From Pseudomonadota bacterium (GTDB lineage Bacteria > Pseudomonadota > Alphaproteobacteria > Rickettsiales > UBA1997): DNA of 64,000 bases. Made by a program: the position numbers and the translations under genes. Positions 46,441 through 55,307 of the stretch are shown here, piece by piece. Where the stretch lies: assembly GCA_018970485.1 (NCBI GenBank), contig JAGWWH010000002.1, forward strand, positions 2,465 to 66,464, in the 5' to 3' direction. The stretch's first letter is position 1; each line of letters starts with the position of its first letter. Below the pieces are notes generated by a model, which was not told where the DNA came from, did no database searches, and worked only from the letters and a program-made list of their open reading frames with translations.

Positions 46441-46527
46441 GTCATCCCCGCGAAGGCGGGGATCCAAGAGGGTTTGACACTCGCTCCAAGCTTGATAGTT
46501 CTGGATCCCCGCCTTCGCGGGGATGAC
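46441..46527. repeat. family-A palindromic repeat, full copy (87 bp)
   Basis: GTCATCCCCGCGAAGGCGGGGATCCAAG - spacer - CTGGATCCCCGCCTTCGCGGGGATGAC. It is intergenic between the hddC-gmhB start and the gmhA stop. Confidence 0.9.
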
Positions 46528-46576
46528 GCGGTACTTTCTGAAGCGATATTTTGGAACCGAATTTGCTGACTTGCAT

Positions 46577-46599
46577 AATCCCCGCCTTCGCGGGGATGA
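46577..46599. repeat. family-A repeat, solitary arm
   Basis: AATCCCCGCCTTCGCGGGGATGA, one hairpin arm only, about 50 bp from the full copy. Confidence 0.75.
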
Positions 46600-46613
46600 A
46601 GTGTAGAGATCTA

Positions 46614-47216
46614 TTATTTTTTATTTTTTGGATTGTGAGTTGCGCCAAAAAATTCTTCCTCAATCAAAGCGCAAATTATGTGACCAGCGGCGATGTGACC
46701 TTCTTGAATTTTAGGAGTTTCGTCGGAAGGAATATTGATTTGGTAATCAGAAATCGCGCCAATATCGCGACCATTTTCACCTAAAAATCCGACGGTAATA
46801 ATCTTTTTTGCCGCTGATGATTTAAAGGCTTCGAACACATTTTTGCTGCGGCCAGAAGTTGAAATTCCAATCAAAACATCACCCTCCTGCCCTACGGCCT
46901 CAACTTGTCGCGAGAAAGAATGTAAAAACCCGTAATCATTACCAATCGCTGTCAAAGCAGATGTATCAACGCTTAGCGCCATCGCATTTAAAGGTGGGCG
47001 ATCGTAAGAAAGTTTACTCACCAGCTCCGCCGCTAAATGTTGCGAATCCGCGGCACTGCCACCATTGCCGCAAAACATGATTTTTTTACCTTGCTTCAGA
47101 GATTCGATGCAAACTTTCGCAACAGTTTCGATGTCGCGATGCAATTTTTCGTCAGCTAAAATTTTTTCAAAAACGTCGCGCGTTTTGGTGAATTCGGAAA
47201 TTATGTAATTTTTCAT
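46614..47216 (-). CDS. gmhA: phosphoheptose isomerase (SIS domain)
   Basis: Motifs are CGNGGSAADSQHLAAELV, TAIGNDYGF and ISTSGRSKNV. ATG 47216 forms an ATGA overlap with the hddA stop; the track start at 47231 is TTG. Confidence 0.85.
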   Translation of the reverse strand: MKNYIISEFTKTRDVFEKILADEKLHRDIETVAKVCIESLKQGKKIMFCGNGGSAADSQHLAAELVSKLSYDRPPLNAMALSVDTSALTAIGNDYGFLHSFSRQVEAVGQEGDVLIGISTSGRSKNVFEAFKSSAAKKIITVGFLGENGRDIGAISDYQINIPSDETPKIQEGHIAAGHIICALIEEEFFGATHNPKNKK

Positions 47217-48262
47217 TTGTTGATTCTCCAACTTTGCGAACCCTCGTCAACAAAGTGACAAGGCATAGTTCGACCAGATTTTTCTTGTTCGAGTAAGCGC
47301 AAGATTTTCATTCTTTTTGATGGCGGAACTAAGAACATAATAAAACCACCGCCGCCAGCGCCAGAAATTTTTCCAGCCATTGCGCCGGCATTCATCACCA
47401 TGTTGTAAATACGATCGATATTGCTGTTAGAAATTTTTGCTGAGGCAGATTTTTTTGCCTCCCAGCCGCGCTGCATTGATTCGGCAATCGCTTTGATATC
47501 GCCTCTTAGTAATGCATCCTTCATCTCAAAAGCCTCTTGCTTGATCGCCAACATCGATTTGATCGTCTCTTCTGATTTATTTTCGATGTTTTGATTCTGC
47601 TCTTCAATAATTGCCCCAGAGTCACGTGAGACACCGGTGTAGAATAAAATTAGAGATTGCTCTAGCTCCGATAAAATCCATCTACGAACCTTTAATGGGT
47701 TAATAATTGTTTTATCATCCTTGTGAAATTCCATAAAGTTCACGCCACCAAAAGTAGCAGCATATTGATCCTGCTTTCCCCCTTTCATTTGCAGGTCTTT
47801 GCGCTCAATTTCATAAGCTAAATTAGCAATATCGTAATCACCAAAAGGAATAGAGAGAAGTTCAGCATAAGTCTTGATCATTGAAACCACTAAGGTCGAA
47901 GAAGAGCCAAGACCAGACCCAGGAGGTGAATCGCAATAAGTTGTCATCTTAAAAGCGCCGATCGGCTGACCTTTATTAAAGTCTTTAACGATTCGATTGT
48001 AGATCGCTTTATGCAGCTTAAGAGCTCCAGTTGGCTCAATGTAATCAGTAACCGCAGTTTCAAATTCTTCACCAATATCAGAAGCAACAAATCTAATCTT
48101 CCCGTCGCTTCTTGGTTTAAGGGTGCAGCAGGCATAAAGATCAATCGTAGCATTTAAAACACATCCACCGTGAAGCGAATAAAAAGACTCCATATCAGTT
48201 CCCCCACCCGCTAAACCGAGACGAAGAGGCGATCTTGAGCGGACTAAAAATAATTCTGACAT
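47213..48262 (-). CDS. hddA: GHMP-family D-glycero-D-manno-heptose 7-phosphate kinase (HddA-like)
   Basis: 349 aa. It has the N-terminus RSPLRLGLAGGGTD and the GHMP motif PPGSGLGSSST. Its context is gmhA, gmhB and hddC. Confidence 0.8.
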   Translation of the reverse strand: MSELFLVRSRSPLRLGLAGGGTDMESFYSLHGGCVLNATIDLYACCTLKPRSDGKIRFVASDIGEEFETAVTDYIEPTGALKLHKAIYNRIVKDFNKGQPIGAFKMTTYCDSPPGSGLGSSSTLVVSMIKTYAELLSIPFGDYDIANLAYEIERKDLQMKGGKQDQYAATFGGVNFMEFHKDDKTIINPLKVRRWILSELEQSLILFYTGVSRDSGAIIEEQNQNIENKSEETIKSMLAIKQEAFEMKDALLRGDIKAIAESMQRGWEAKKSASAKISNSNIDRIYNMVMNAGAMAGKISGAGGGGFIMFLVPPSKRMKILRLLEQEKSGRTMPCHFVDEGSQSWRINK

Positions 48263-48265
48263 CGA

Positions 48266-49282
48266 TTATCTCGTTAAAAACTTCTCACCTTTCGCAACTC
48301 TGTCACGCCAGTAATCGAGCAGATCTTGCATGATTTGCTCAAACTTAATTTCCGGTTTCCAGCCGGTATGTTGTTCAAATTTTTTAGTATTTGGAACCTG
48401 TAAATCGGCATCGATCGGACGCAATCTTTCTGGATCGGTTTCGATTTTAATTTTGTCTTTCGCAGTCGAAATCGAGATTAAGTGATTCAACATTTCGCGA
48501 ATTGTGCAGCTGAAAGTTCCGCCGATATTGTAATATTCTCCAGCCTTTGGATTCACGGTTACCAACATGTAATAAGCCTTCACCGCATCGCGCACATCAG
48601 CAAAAGTTCGCAGTGAATCGAGATTGCCAACCTTGATTACTGGCGGAATCACACCCGCTTCAATCAAGGCGATTTGTTTGGCAAAAGAACTTTCCGCAAA
48701 AACATCACCACGACGTGGACCCGTGTGAGTAAACATGCGTGTTGTCATCACCGTTAAGCCGTAGGCCTCGGCGTAATAACGACCAACTAAATCTGTTCCA
48801 ACTTTTGAAATCGCGTAAGGCGAAGCGGGATGAAATGTGCATTCTTCGTCGATCGGAAGCTTCTCTTTTGGCACACGACCAAACACTTCTGACGAAGCAC
48901 AAACGTGAATTACTGGTTTTAATTCCGGCATTTTACGCACCGCTTCAAGAACGCGCGCAGTGCCTTGAATATTGGTTTCAAAAGTATCGAGCGGAGATTC
49001 AAAACTAGTTTGCGGATAGCTCTGCGCCGCAAGATGAAAAATGTAATCTGGCTTAGATTTTTTCATCACATCGTGAACAGAAATGTAATCGCGCAGATCG
49101 CCGTAGAGCAAATGAACGCGATCTTTTTTGTTAATGCGTTCGAGTAAGTGAGAAATGTTGTCGAGCGGACTGCGCCAGCGACACATTCCGTAAATTTCCC
49201 AATCGGTATTTTCTAATAAAAAGTCAGTCAGGTGAGACCCGACCATACCGGTGATTCCGGTGATTAATGCGCGTTTAGTCAT
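48266..49282 (-). CDS. GDP-sugar 4,6-dehydratase (Gmd/DmhA-like SDR)
   Basis: 338 aa. Motifs are ITGITGMVGSHL, ASSEVFG, YAISK and the Gmd-type HTGPRRGDVF. Confidence 0.8.
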   Translation of the reverse strand: MTKRALITGITGMVGSHLTDFLLENTDWEIYGMCRWRSPLDNISHLLERINKKDRVHLLYGDLRDYISVHDVMKKSKPDYIFHLAAQSYPQTSFESPLDTFETNIQGTARVLEAVRKMPELKPVIHVCASSEVFGRVPKEKLPIDEECTFHPASPYAISKVGTDLVGRYYAEAYGLTVMTTRMFTHTGPRRGDVFAESSFAKQIALIEAGVIPPVIKVGNLDSLRTFADVRDAVKAYYMLVTVNPKAGEYYNIGGTFSCTIREMLNHLISISTAKDKIKIETDPERLRPIDADLQVPNTKKFEQHTGWKPEIKFEQIMQDLLDYWRDRVAKGEKFLTR

Positions 49283-49306
49283 TAGATTAATTCCTCATAA
49301 ATTTTC

Positions 49307-50353
49307 TTACTGATTCAGTATTTTTTTGATATTGGCCTCAAACTCAACCACATCTACGATCTGGTCGGTATGAAATTCATTCAAATAGGTGTTGGCTTTA
49401 TCGACTTCGCAATATTGGTAAAAATGCTCTAGGTTAAATGCTTGCGACTTCTCGCGGATAATAATCGCCCCAGGAAGATCATCATATTCTCTTCTTGGAT
49501 AAAGTTCGAGAATTTTAGTGCCCGCCTGACAAAACATAATGTTGGTCAGATTCGATCCGCACTGACCAACAACAACCTTCGCATTGTAAGCAATCGACAC
49601 ACTGTCAGCAAAACTAAAATCCTCCATGTGAACTGTGGTAAATCCGTATTTAGACAAAACTTTATCCACCTCTGTCTGATTCAAAATAATGCGTTTTTTC
49701 TGCTTGCTGCGCGAGATAAAAATTCTTTCGCCAAGACTAAAATTTAAACGGTTATTCTTTCTACAGTAGTCAAGAATAGTGTTGGCAACCTCAACGGTCA
49801 CCGAGTCGTAAGTTGTAGTCGGCCCCCCTCCTCCGAGAATAAAAGTGGGGAAGATCACATGATTCGATGTCACTGCTTCGCGCTTATCAAACTTGATGAC
49901 TCGTTCTTTAGAAATTCCGATCATTTCCAAAGTTTCTAGGCAAAAATTGTTCTCATAAAAAATCTTAGGAAGTGCGACCTTAAAATCATTTTTGTAATGC
50001 TTCTTTACCAGATAAGCTCTGACCAAATTATCACACATCCAGTGGCTAAAATAAGGCGAATATCCATCTGCAATAACAAGCACTGGCACATCTTTCGTGT
50101 CGATGATTTTGCTCTTAAAATAGAGATGAACTAGCAGCTTCTGTATGCGGTAAAAACTTCTTGGAAAGTCAGGGCGCGACTCTCTCATGAAGCGCAATCC
50201 ACGAAAAATAAGGTTATTAAGATTTACGTAAGCCTTACCAAAATCGATCAATTTTACTTCCGCAGTTTTTTTCAAAACTGTCTTCGGCGCAGAATAATTT
50301 GATGGCAGAGTGCGACTGATTTCTATTTGTGGCAAAATGATTTCTGACTTCAT
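49307..50353 (-). CDS. putative glycosyltransferase (GT61/DUF563-like)
   Basis: 348 aa. The C-terminal pattern FSFADSVSIAYNAKVVVGQCGSNLTNIMFCQAGTKILEL resembles the DUF563 motif (..HGAGLTN..F....T.V.EL). Confidence 0.5.
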   Translation of the reverse strand: MKSEIILPQIEISRTLPSNYSAPKTVLKKTAEVKLIDFGKAYVNLNNLIFRGLRFMRESRPDFPRSFYRIQKLLVHLYFKSKIIDTKDVPVLVIADGYSPYFSHWMCDNLVRAYLVKKHYKNDFKVALPKIFYENNFCLETLEMIGISKERVIKFDKREAVTSNHVIFPTFILGGGGPTTTYDSVTVEVANTILDYCRKNNRLNFSLGERIFISRSKQKKRIILNQTEVDKVLSKYGFTTVHMEDFSFADSVSIAYNAKVVVGQCGSNLTNIMFCQAGTKILELYPRREYDDLPGAIIIREKSQAFNLEHFYQYCEVDKANTYLNEFHTDQIVDVVEFEANIKKILNQ

Positions 50354-52098
50354 GGAGCCCTGCGATAATTATTAAATTTATTTAGTGAGTGAATCTCTGC
50401 CTCGGGAAGATAAGGATATTGATCGTGAATCGCCCTGCCCATTTCAAGCTTGGGCTCAATCAAAGTGTTGGGATGTAAAATAATATCAATCACAGCTGGG
50501 CCTTGGTAGTCAAAAATTTCCTGAGTGACGTCATCAATTTCGTTAATTCGGAAATATTTTACACCGTAGGCTTCAGCAATTTTTCCGAAATCTGGAGCGC
50601 TGTAAGAATGGCCAGTAGCCTCATATCTGCCTTCAAAATAAAGGTCCTGAAACTGTTTTATGATTCCGTAACCGTCATTATTAAGAATGAAAATCTTAAT
50701 ATTTAGCTTGTTGAAGTAAGCGGTTTGCAATTCTTGGATATTCATCTGGAAAGATCCGTCACCTGTAAATGCAATCACTTGAGCTTGCGGCTTGTGCAAG
50801 GCGGCTCCAATGGCGGCCGGAAATGAATAGGCCATCGGAGAATTACCGCCCGCTGTATAAATTATCTGATTGGTGCGGTGAAATATCTGAAAAACCCAAC
50901 ATAGATTAGCGCCAGTATCAGCGATAACTATGGCATCATCTTCGATCATTTTATTGATTTTCTGAATCACTCCGTAAGGCGACAGGCTCTTATTTTTTTT
51001 AGAAAATTCACCAGCATCTTTGCCGAAAAATTCTTTTTTGATACTTGCTACATAATCAATCCACTCCTGGCTTGGAGTAGGCACTACCGTCAAAACTTCT
51101 TTGATATCTTTTAAGTTAAGGTGAATGGTTTTGTAACCTTCATTTTTGTATTTTTTTAGCTCCTCAACATCGACATCAATCACACAAACTTTTGCAACTG
51201 GAGCAAAGGATTTTGGATTTCCCGATCTCTGCCTGTTGTCCAATCGACTACCAAGAACCAGTAACGCATCACAGTTCTGAACTAAAAAATTCGCACCGCG
51301 ATTTCCATAAACTCCAATCTGACCATGATAATTTTTCATGTCGTGATTGAAGTAAGTAAGGCCATTCCAACTTGCAACGAAAGGGACTGATGAGTTTTTG
51401 TTTAGCCATTCAACGACATCTTTTTCCGTACCAGAAAGCCCTACTCCCGCACCAAATAACACTGCTGGTCTTTTTGCATCTTTGAAAAATTCGGCAATTT
51501 CTTGTGAGATTTTTTGTGATTCTTGAGTTGATATTTTTTCTTCTTTCGGCGCGTTGTAAATAATCACATCACCGACTTCCTCCTTCTGAACATTCATCGG
51601 AACGTCGATCAGGACTGGGCCTTTGCGATCAGATATGGCGATATTGTAAGCCTTTTCTAATTCAATCTTGAGCTCCTCACCATTCTTAACCTGAACCGCA
51701 TATTTTGTGATTGGCTTAACCATATCGACGATGTTGGTTTCTTGAAAACCCGCTTGTCTAACTTTCGTGCCAATAAAATTCGCACTTTCGCTTTGGTTAA
51801 CTTGCCCAGTGATATGAACAGTTGGAATTGAATCGAAATAAGAACAGGCAATTCCGGTAATCAAATTCGTCGCGCCAGGACCAGAAGTTGCAACAGTGAC
51901 ACCAACTGTGCGATCAACTCTCCACAAAGAATCCGCTGCCATTGCCGCCGCTTGTTCGTGCTGAAAACACACGTAATCAGTTTTTGGATTTCTGCCAATC
52001 GCATCAACGATAAATGCACAAGCGCCACCAGTTACGAGAAAAAATTTATCCGATCCCCTCTGGCGAAAAAACTCCGCGATATATTCCGCTCCAATCAT
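50350..52098 (-). CDS. ThDP-dependent acetolactate-synthase-like enzyme (YerE-like candidate)
   Basis: 582 aa with three-domain AHAS-like architecture. It has N-terminal GVTVATSGPGATN and the ThDP motif GDGSFQMNIQEL...NNDGYG. No ilvN or ilvC is adjacent; it is embedded among CDP-sugar genes. Confidence 0.8.
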   Translation of the reverse strand: MIGAEYIAEFFRQRGSDKFFLVTGGACAFIVDAIGRNPKTDYVCFQHEQAAAMAADSLWRVDRTVGVTVATSGPGATNLITGIACSYFDSIPTVHITGQVNQSESANFIGTKVRQAGFQETNIVDMVKPITKYAVQVKNGEELKIELEKAYNIAISDRKGPVLIDVPMNVQKEEVGDVIIYNAPKEEKISTQESQKISQEIAEFFKDAKRPAVLFGAGVGLSGTEKDVVEWLNKNSSVPFVASWNGLTYFNHDMKNYHGQIGVYGNRGANFLVQNCDALLVLGSRLDNRQRSGNPKSFAPVAKVCVIDVDVEELKKYKNEGYKTIHLNLKDIKEVLTVVPTPSQEWIDYVASIKKEFFGKDAGEFSKKNKSLSPYGVIQKINKMIEDDAIVIADTGANLCWVFQIFHRTNQIIYTAGGNSPMAYSFPAAIGAALHKPQAQVIAFTGDGSFQMNIQELQTAYFNKLNIKIFILNNDGYGIIKQFQDLYFEGRYEATGHSYSAPDFGKIAEAYGVKYFRINEIDDVTQEIFDYQGPAVIDIILHPNTLIEPKLEMGRAIHDQYPYLPEAEIHSLNKFNNYRRAP

Positions 52099-52116
52099 TT
52101 TATTTTCGTTTGAATT

Positions 52117-52893
52117 TTACCAAATTTTCCAAGGAGCTTTTTTCGAATCCCACAATCCTTCGAGATGAATTTTGTCGCGTTGAGTATCCATCGCATACCA
52201 AAAATTCTCATGTTTGAAAGACATGAGTTGGCGATCGGAGGCCAGGTTTTTCAAGGGTTCTTGCTCAAGAATTACTGAATCTCCTTCAGGGATATAATCA
52301 AAAACCTTCGGCGAAAAAACAAAAAATCCGCCATTGACGTAGTTGCCATCGCCAGATGGTTTTTCATGAAAATTATGAATGGTTTTATCGTCATCGGCAA
52401 TTCCCAAAACGCCGAATCGCCCTGCTGGCTTGACTGCGGTCAGGGTTGCGATTTTTCCATGCGACTTATGAAATTTTATTGTTTCAGCAATATTCACGTC
52501 GCAAACGCCGTCGCCGTAAGTCAGGCAGAAATCTTCGTCACCGACATATTTTTGGATTTTCTTGATACGCGCGCCAGTCATCGCGTGCTCACCAGTTTCA
52601 ACAAGAGTAACTTTCCAATCTTCTGAAGAGTTGTTGTGAATAACTTGAGTATTGTTCGCCAAATCGAAAGTGATGTCCGACATGTGACGGTAGTAGTTAG
52701 CAAAATACTCTTTCACGACGTAGCCCTTATACCCCAAACAAACCACGAATTCATTGATGCCGTGGGCTGCGTAAATTTTCATGATGTGCCACAAAATCGG
52801 CTTACCACCAATTTCAACCATCGGCTTTGGCTTAAGGCCGGTTTCTTCGCTAAGTCTTGTGCCAAGGCCACCGGCGAGGATTACTGCTTTCAT
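52117..52893 (-). CDS. rfbF: glucose-1-phosphate cytidylyltransferase
   Basis: 258 aa. MKAVILAGGLGTRLSEETGLKPKPMVEIGGKPILWHIMKIY is the near-canonical RfbF/DdhA N-terminus. Confidence 0.9.
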   Translation of the reverse strand: MKAVILAGGLGTRLSEETGLKPKPMVEIGGKPILWHIMKIYAAHGINEFVVCLGYKGYVVKEYFANYYRHMSDITFDLANNTQVIHNNSSEDWKVTLVETGEHAMTGARIKKIQKYVGDEDFCLTYGDGVCDVNIAETIKFHKSHGKIATLTAVKPAGRFGVLGIADDDKTIHNFHEKPSGDGNYVNGGFFVFSPKVFDYIPEGDSVILEQEPLKNLASDRQLMSFKHENFWYAMDTQRDKIHLEGLWDSKKAPWKIW

Positions 52894-53939
52894 AAATTTT
52901 TATTATTTTGATGCCAAATGAAGGTGTTTTTTATCGCTTTTTCTAAGGAGGTATATTCCTCCAAACCCAACTCCCGCCTAGCTTTTTCGTTAGATGGAAT
53001 GTAGCGCGAACTTGAAGAAGTATTGAATCCCGCATTATCGGAAAAAACAATTTTTGATTCTGAGGAAAGGGTTTTAACGACCAAATCAGCGAGGTCGGCG
53101 ATTAAAATTTCTTTTTCTGAACCCAAGTTAAAGACCGAATTATTCGGCGCTGAAATTAAAATTCGCATCAGCCAAATCACCAAATCAATCGAATAGAGAT
53201 AGGAGCGGTAAGTCTTCGTCTTGGAGTTAAGAGCTACGTTTTTTTGCGCAGCAACGTCACGAATGAAATTTCCAATCGCATAATGGCCATCAAAATTCAT
53301 GTAAGGCCCGACGAAACTAAAACAGCGCGCGACAGATGTATGAACGCCGTGAGTGGAAGAATAAATTGAGCACAAAGTCTCACCTAATCTTTTTGCTTCG
53401 CCGTAAACTGAAGAAATTTTTTGCAAATCAGGTGCGGATAAATCGCTTTCTTGTCGCAACTCAACATCAAGATTTTGTGCGCCGTAAATTGCGCCAGAGC
53501 TTAAATATAAAAATCTGCAACCCTCATTCCGCCTAGCAATTTCAAGCATATTGAGCGTGCCTTGATAATTTTCTTCGAGGAATTTTTGCGGAGAATTTTT
53601 CAATCTTTCAGCGGAAGTGTCACAAGCGGCGTGAATTACGTAATCAACTTTGTGAACAAAATTTTTTAGCTCAGAAATGTCTGATTGAATCGGAAAAATT
53701 CTGGGTGAACTAAGAAGCGAAAATTTTTTTTGAAAATTTATTACATCTCTCGAGACCGCGTAAATTGTGAGTCCAAGATTATTCTTCTTATCAAGATAGA
53801 GCAGAGATTCCAGCAAACATCTGCCAAAAAAACCGCTCCCTCCCGAAACAAAAATCGACTTGTTTTTCAACGAACCAAGCAGGTCGGAGAGCTTGGATTG
53901 CACAAGCTCAAGATCTGATTGGTCGATTGAAAAATTCAT
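52890..53939 (-). CDS. NAD(P)-dependent sugar epimerase/reductase (extended SDR)
   Basis: 349 aa. It has GGSGFFG (GxxGxxG) and YGEAK (YxxxK). ATGA and 1-nt overlaps tie it to rfbF and the E1-like gene. Confidence 0.7.
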   Translation of the reverse strand: MNFSIDQSDLELVQSKLSDLLGSLKNKSIFVSGGSGFFGRCLLESLLYLDKKNNLGLTIYAVSRDVINFQKKFSLLSSPRIFPIQSDISELKNFVHKVDYVIHAACDTSAERLKNSPQKFLEENYQGTLNMLEIARRNEGCRFLYLSSGAIYGAQNLDVELRQESDLSAPDLQKISSVYGEAKRLGETLCSIYSSTHGVHTSVARCFSFVGPYMNFDGHYAIGNFIRDVAAQKNVALNSKTKTYRSYLYSIDLVIWLMRILISAPNNSVFNLGSEKEILIADLADLVVKTLSSESKIVFSDNAGFNTSSSSRYIPSNEKARRELGLEEYTSLEKAIKNTFIWHQNNKNL

Positions 53940-55132
53940 TAGATTTTAGTTTTGATGAATTCTTCGATTGTTGAATGCATGTGAGCAATCATTTCGTCGT
54001 TCAATCCGTGGTGACAAGCTAACAAAACCCCACCGCGCATTATGTTATCTGAGTTTGCAAGACTTGCGGCTTTGCGCATTTCGATATTTTTAAAGCCGGG
54101 TTGACGCGTGATATTTCCGGTAAAAACGACGCGGGTCTGGATGTTTCTTTTTTCCAAGAAAATTTGGAAATCACGACGCTCGAATGGCGCAGAATTTTTA
54201 ATAATGATCGGGAAAGCCAGCCATCCTGCGTAACAATTCTTGGTCTCTTCCGGCAGCGTAAAAAACTCTTCATATTTTTTGAAAAAACTGATTTGAGTTT
54301 GGTAGTTTTTGCGGCGTATCGAGATATTGCTTTGTAAATCGTGAAGTTGCTCGAGACCAAATGCCGCGCCGATTTCAGAGCCTTCTAAATTGTAGCCGAT
54401 AGCTTCAAAAACGAACTTTGCGTCGTAATTAATTCCATCGATATCGACGTTAAAACGATTTTCGATTGCTTCAGATTTTTCGTCAAAAATTGAAGAGCTG
54501 CGACCCCAAGAACGCAGAAGTTTTGATTGTTTTACATGCTCTTCGTCATTGATGCAAAGCGCGCCGCCGTTGCCTGCGCAGTTGATAATGTGCGATCCGT
54601 AAAAACTAGTGATCGACATGTCAGACCAAGCCCCACTTGATTTGCCGTGAAGGGTTCCACCTAAAACATCGGCAGAATCTTCGATTATTTTTAAATTATA
54701 CTTCTTGGCAATTTCGGCGATTTTATCCCACTCGCAAATATTTCCGATCAAGTTCGGCGCAAGAATTGCCACGGTTTTTGGCGAAATCATTTCTTCGATT
54801 TTTGCTGGATCGATGCAGTAGCTGGCAACGCCGGCATCGACAAAAACTGGAATCAAACCTGCCTTAACAATAGAGCCGACAGTTGTTGAAAATGTGAGTG
54901 CAGGAGTGATTACTTCTGAACCTTTTTTAAAACCGAAAGCTTCAACGCCGATGTAGAGCGCGGAAGATCCAGAGTTAACGTAAAGACAATGTTTTTTGGC
55001 AAAAAGTGCTGCGATTTTTGCTTCAAATTCGCGCGCATATTTTCCCATTTGCGTGCCTTCTTTTAGGCATTTTACGACGGCATCAATTTCTTTCTGGCCG
55101 TAGACAGTTTTGGCGTAAGAGACCGAGATCAT
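53939..55132 (-). CDS. RfbH/E1-like PMP-dependent sugar 3-dehydratase homologue lacking the Fe-S cysteine motif
   Basis: 397 aa from ATG 55132; the track ORF to 55204 begins in repeat-derived LDPRLRGDD. RfbH-like features are NSGSSALY, IEDSAD, SFYGSHIIN (His for Lys), RSWGR, GYNL and TRVVFTGNITRQPGF. Confidence 0.75.
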   Translation of the reverse strand: MISVSYAKTVYGQKEIDAVVKCLKEGTQMGKYAREFEAKIAALFAKKHCLYVNSGSSALYIGVEAFGFKKGSEVITPALTFSTTVGSIVKAGLIPVFVDAGVASYCIDPAKIEEMISPKTVAILAPNLIGNICEWDKIAEIAKKYNLKIIEDSADVLGGTLHGKSSGAWSDMSITSFYGSHIINCAGNGGALCINDEEHVKQSKLLRSWGRSSSIFDEKSEAIENRFNVDIDGINYDAKFVFEAIGYNLEGSEIGAAFGLEQLHDLQSNISIRRKNYQTQISFFKKYEEFFTLPEETKNCYAGWLAFPIIIKNSAPFERRDFQIFLEKRNIQTRVVFTGNITRQPGFKNIEMRKAASLANSDNIMRGGVLLACHHGLNDEMIAHMHSTIEEFIKTKI

Positions 55133-55165
55133 TAGTTTAAATTTAAAGTTGGTTGGTATGAAAGC

Positions 55166-55246
55166 GTCATCCCCGCGCAGGCGCGGATCCAGGAGAGCCC
55201 ACAACGCGCTGAAACTTTCCTGGATCCCCGCCTGCGCGGGGATGAC
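55166..55246. repeat. family-A palindromic repeat, full copy (81 bp)
   Basis: GTCATCCCCGCGCAGGCGCGGATCCAG - spacer - CTGGATCCCCGCCTGCGCGGGGATGAC. It is intergenic between the GT10-like gene and the E1-like gene. Confidence 0.9.
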
Positions 55247-55307
55247 GGGAGAGAAGATCGGAAATAAATTATAGAACTGAGCTGGTGAAATTTTACAGTA
55301 TGGCGTG

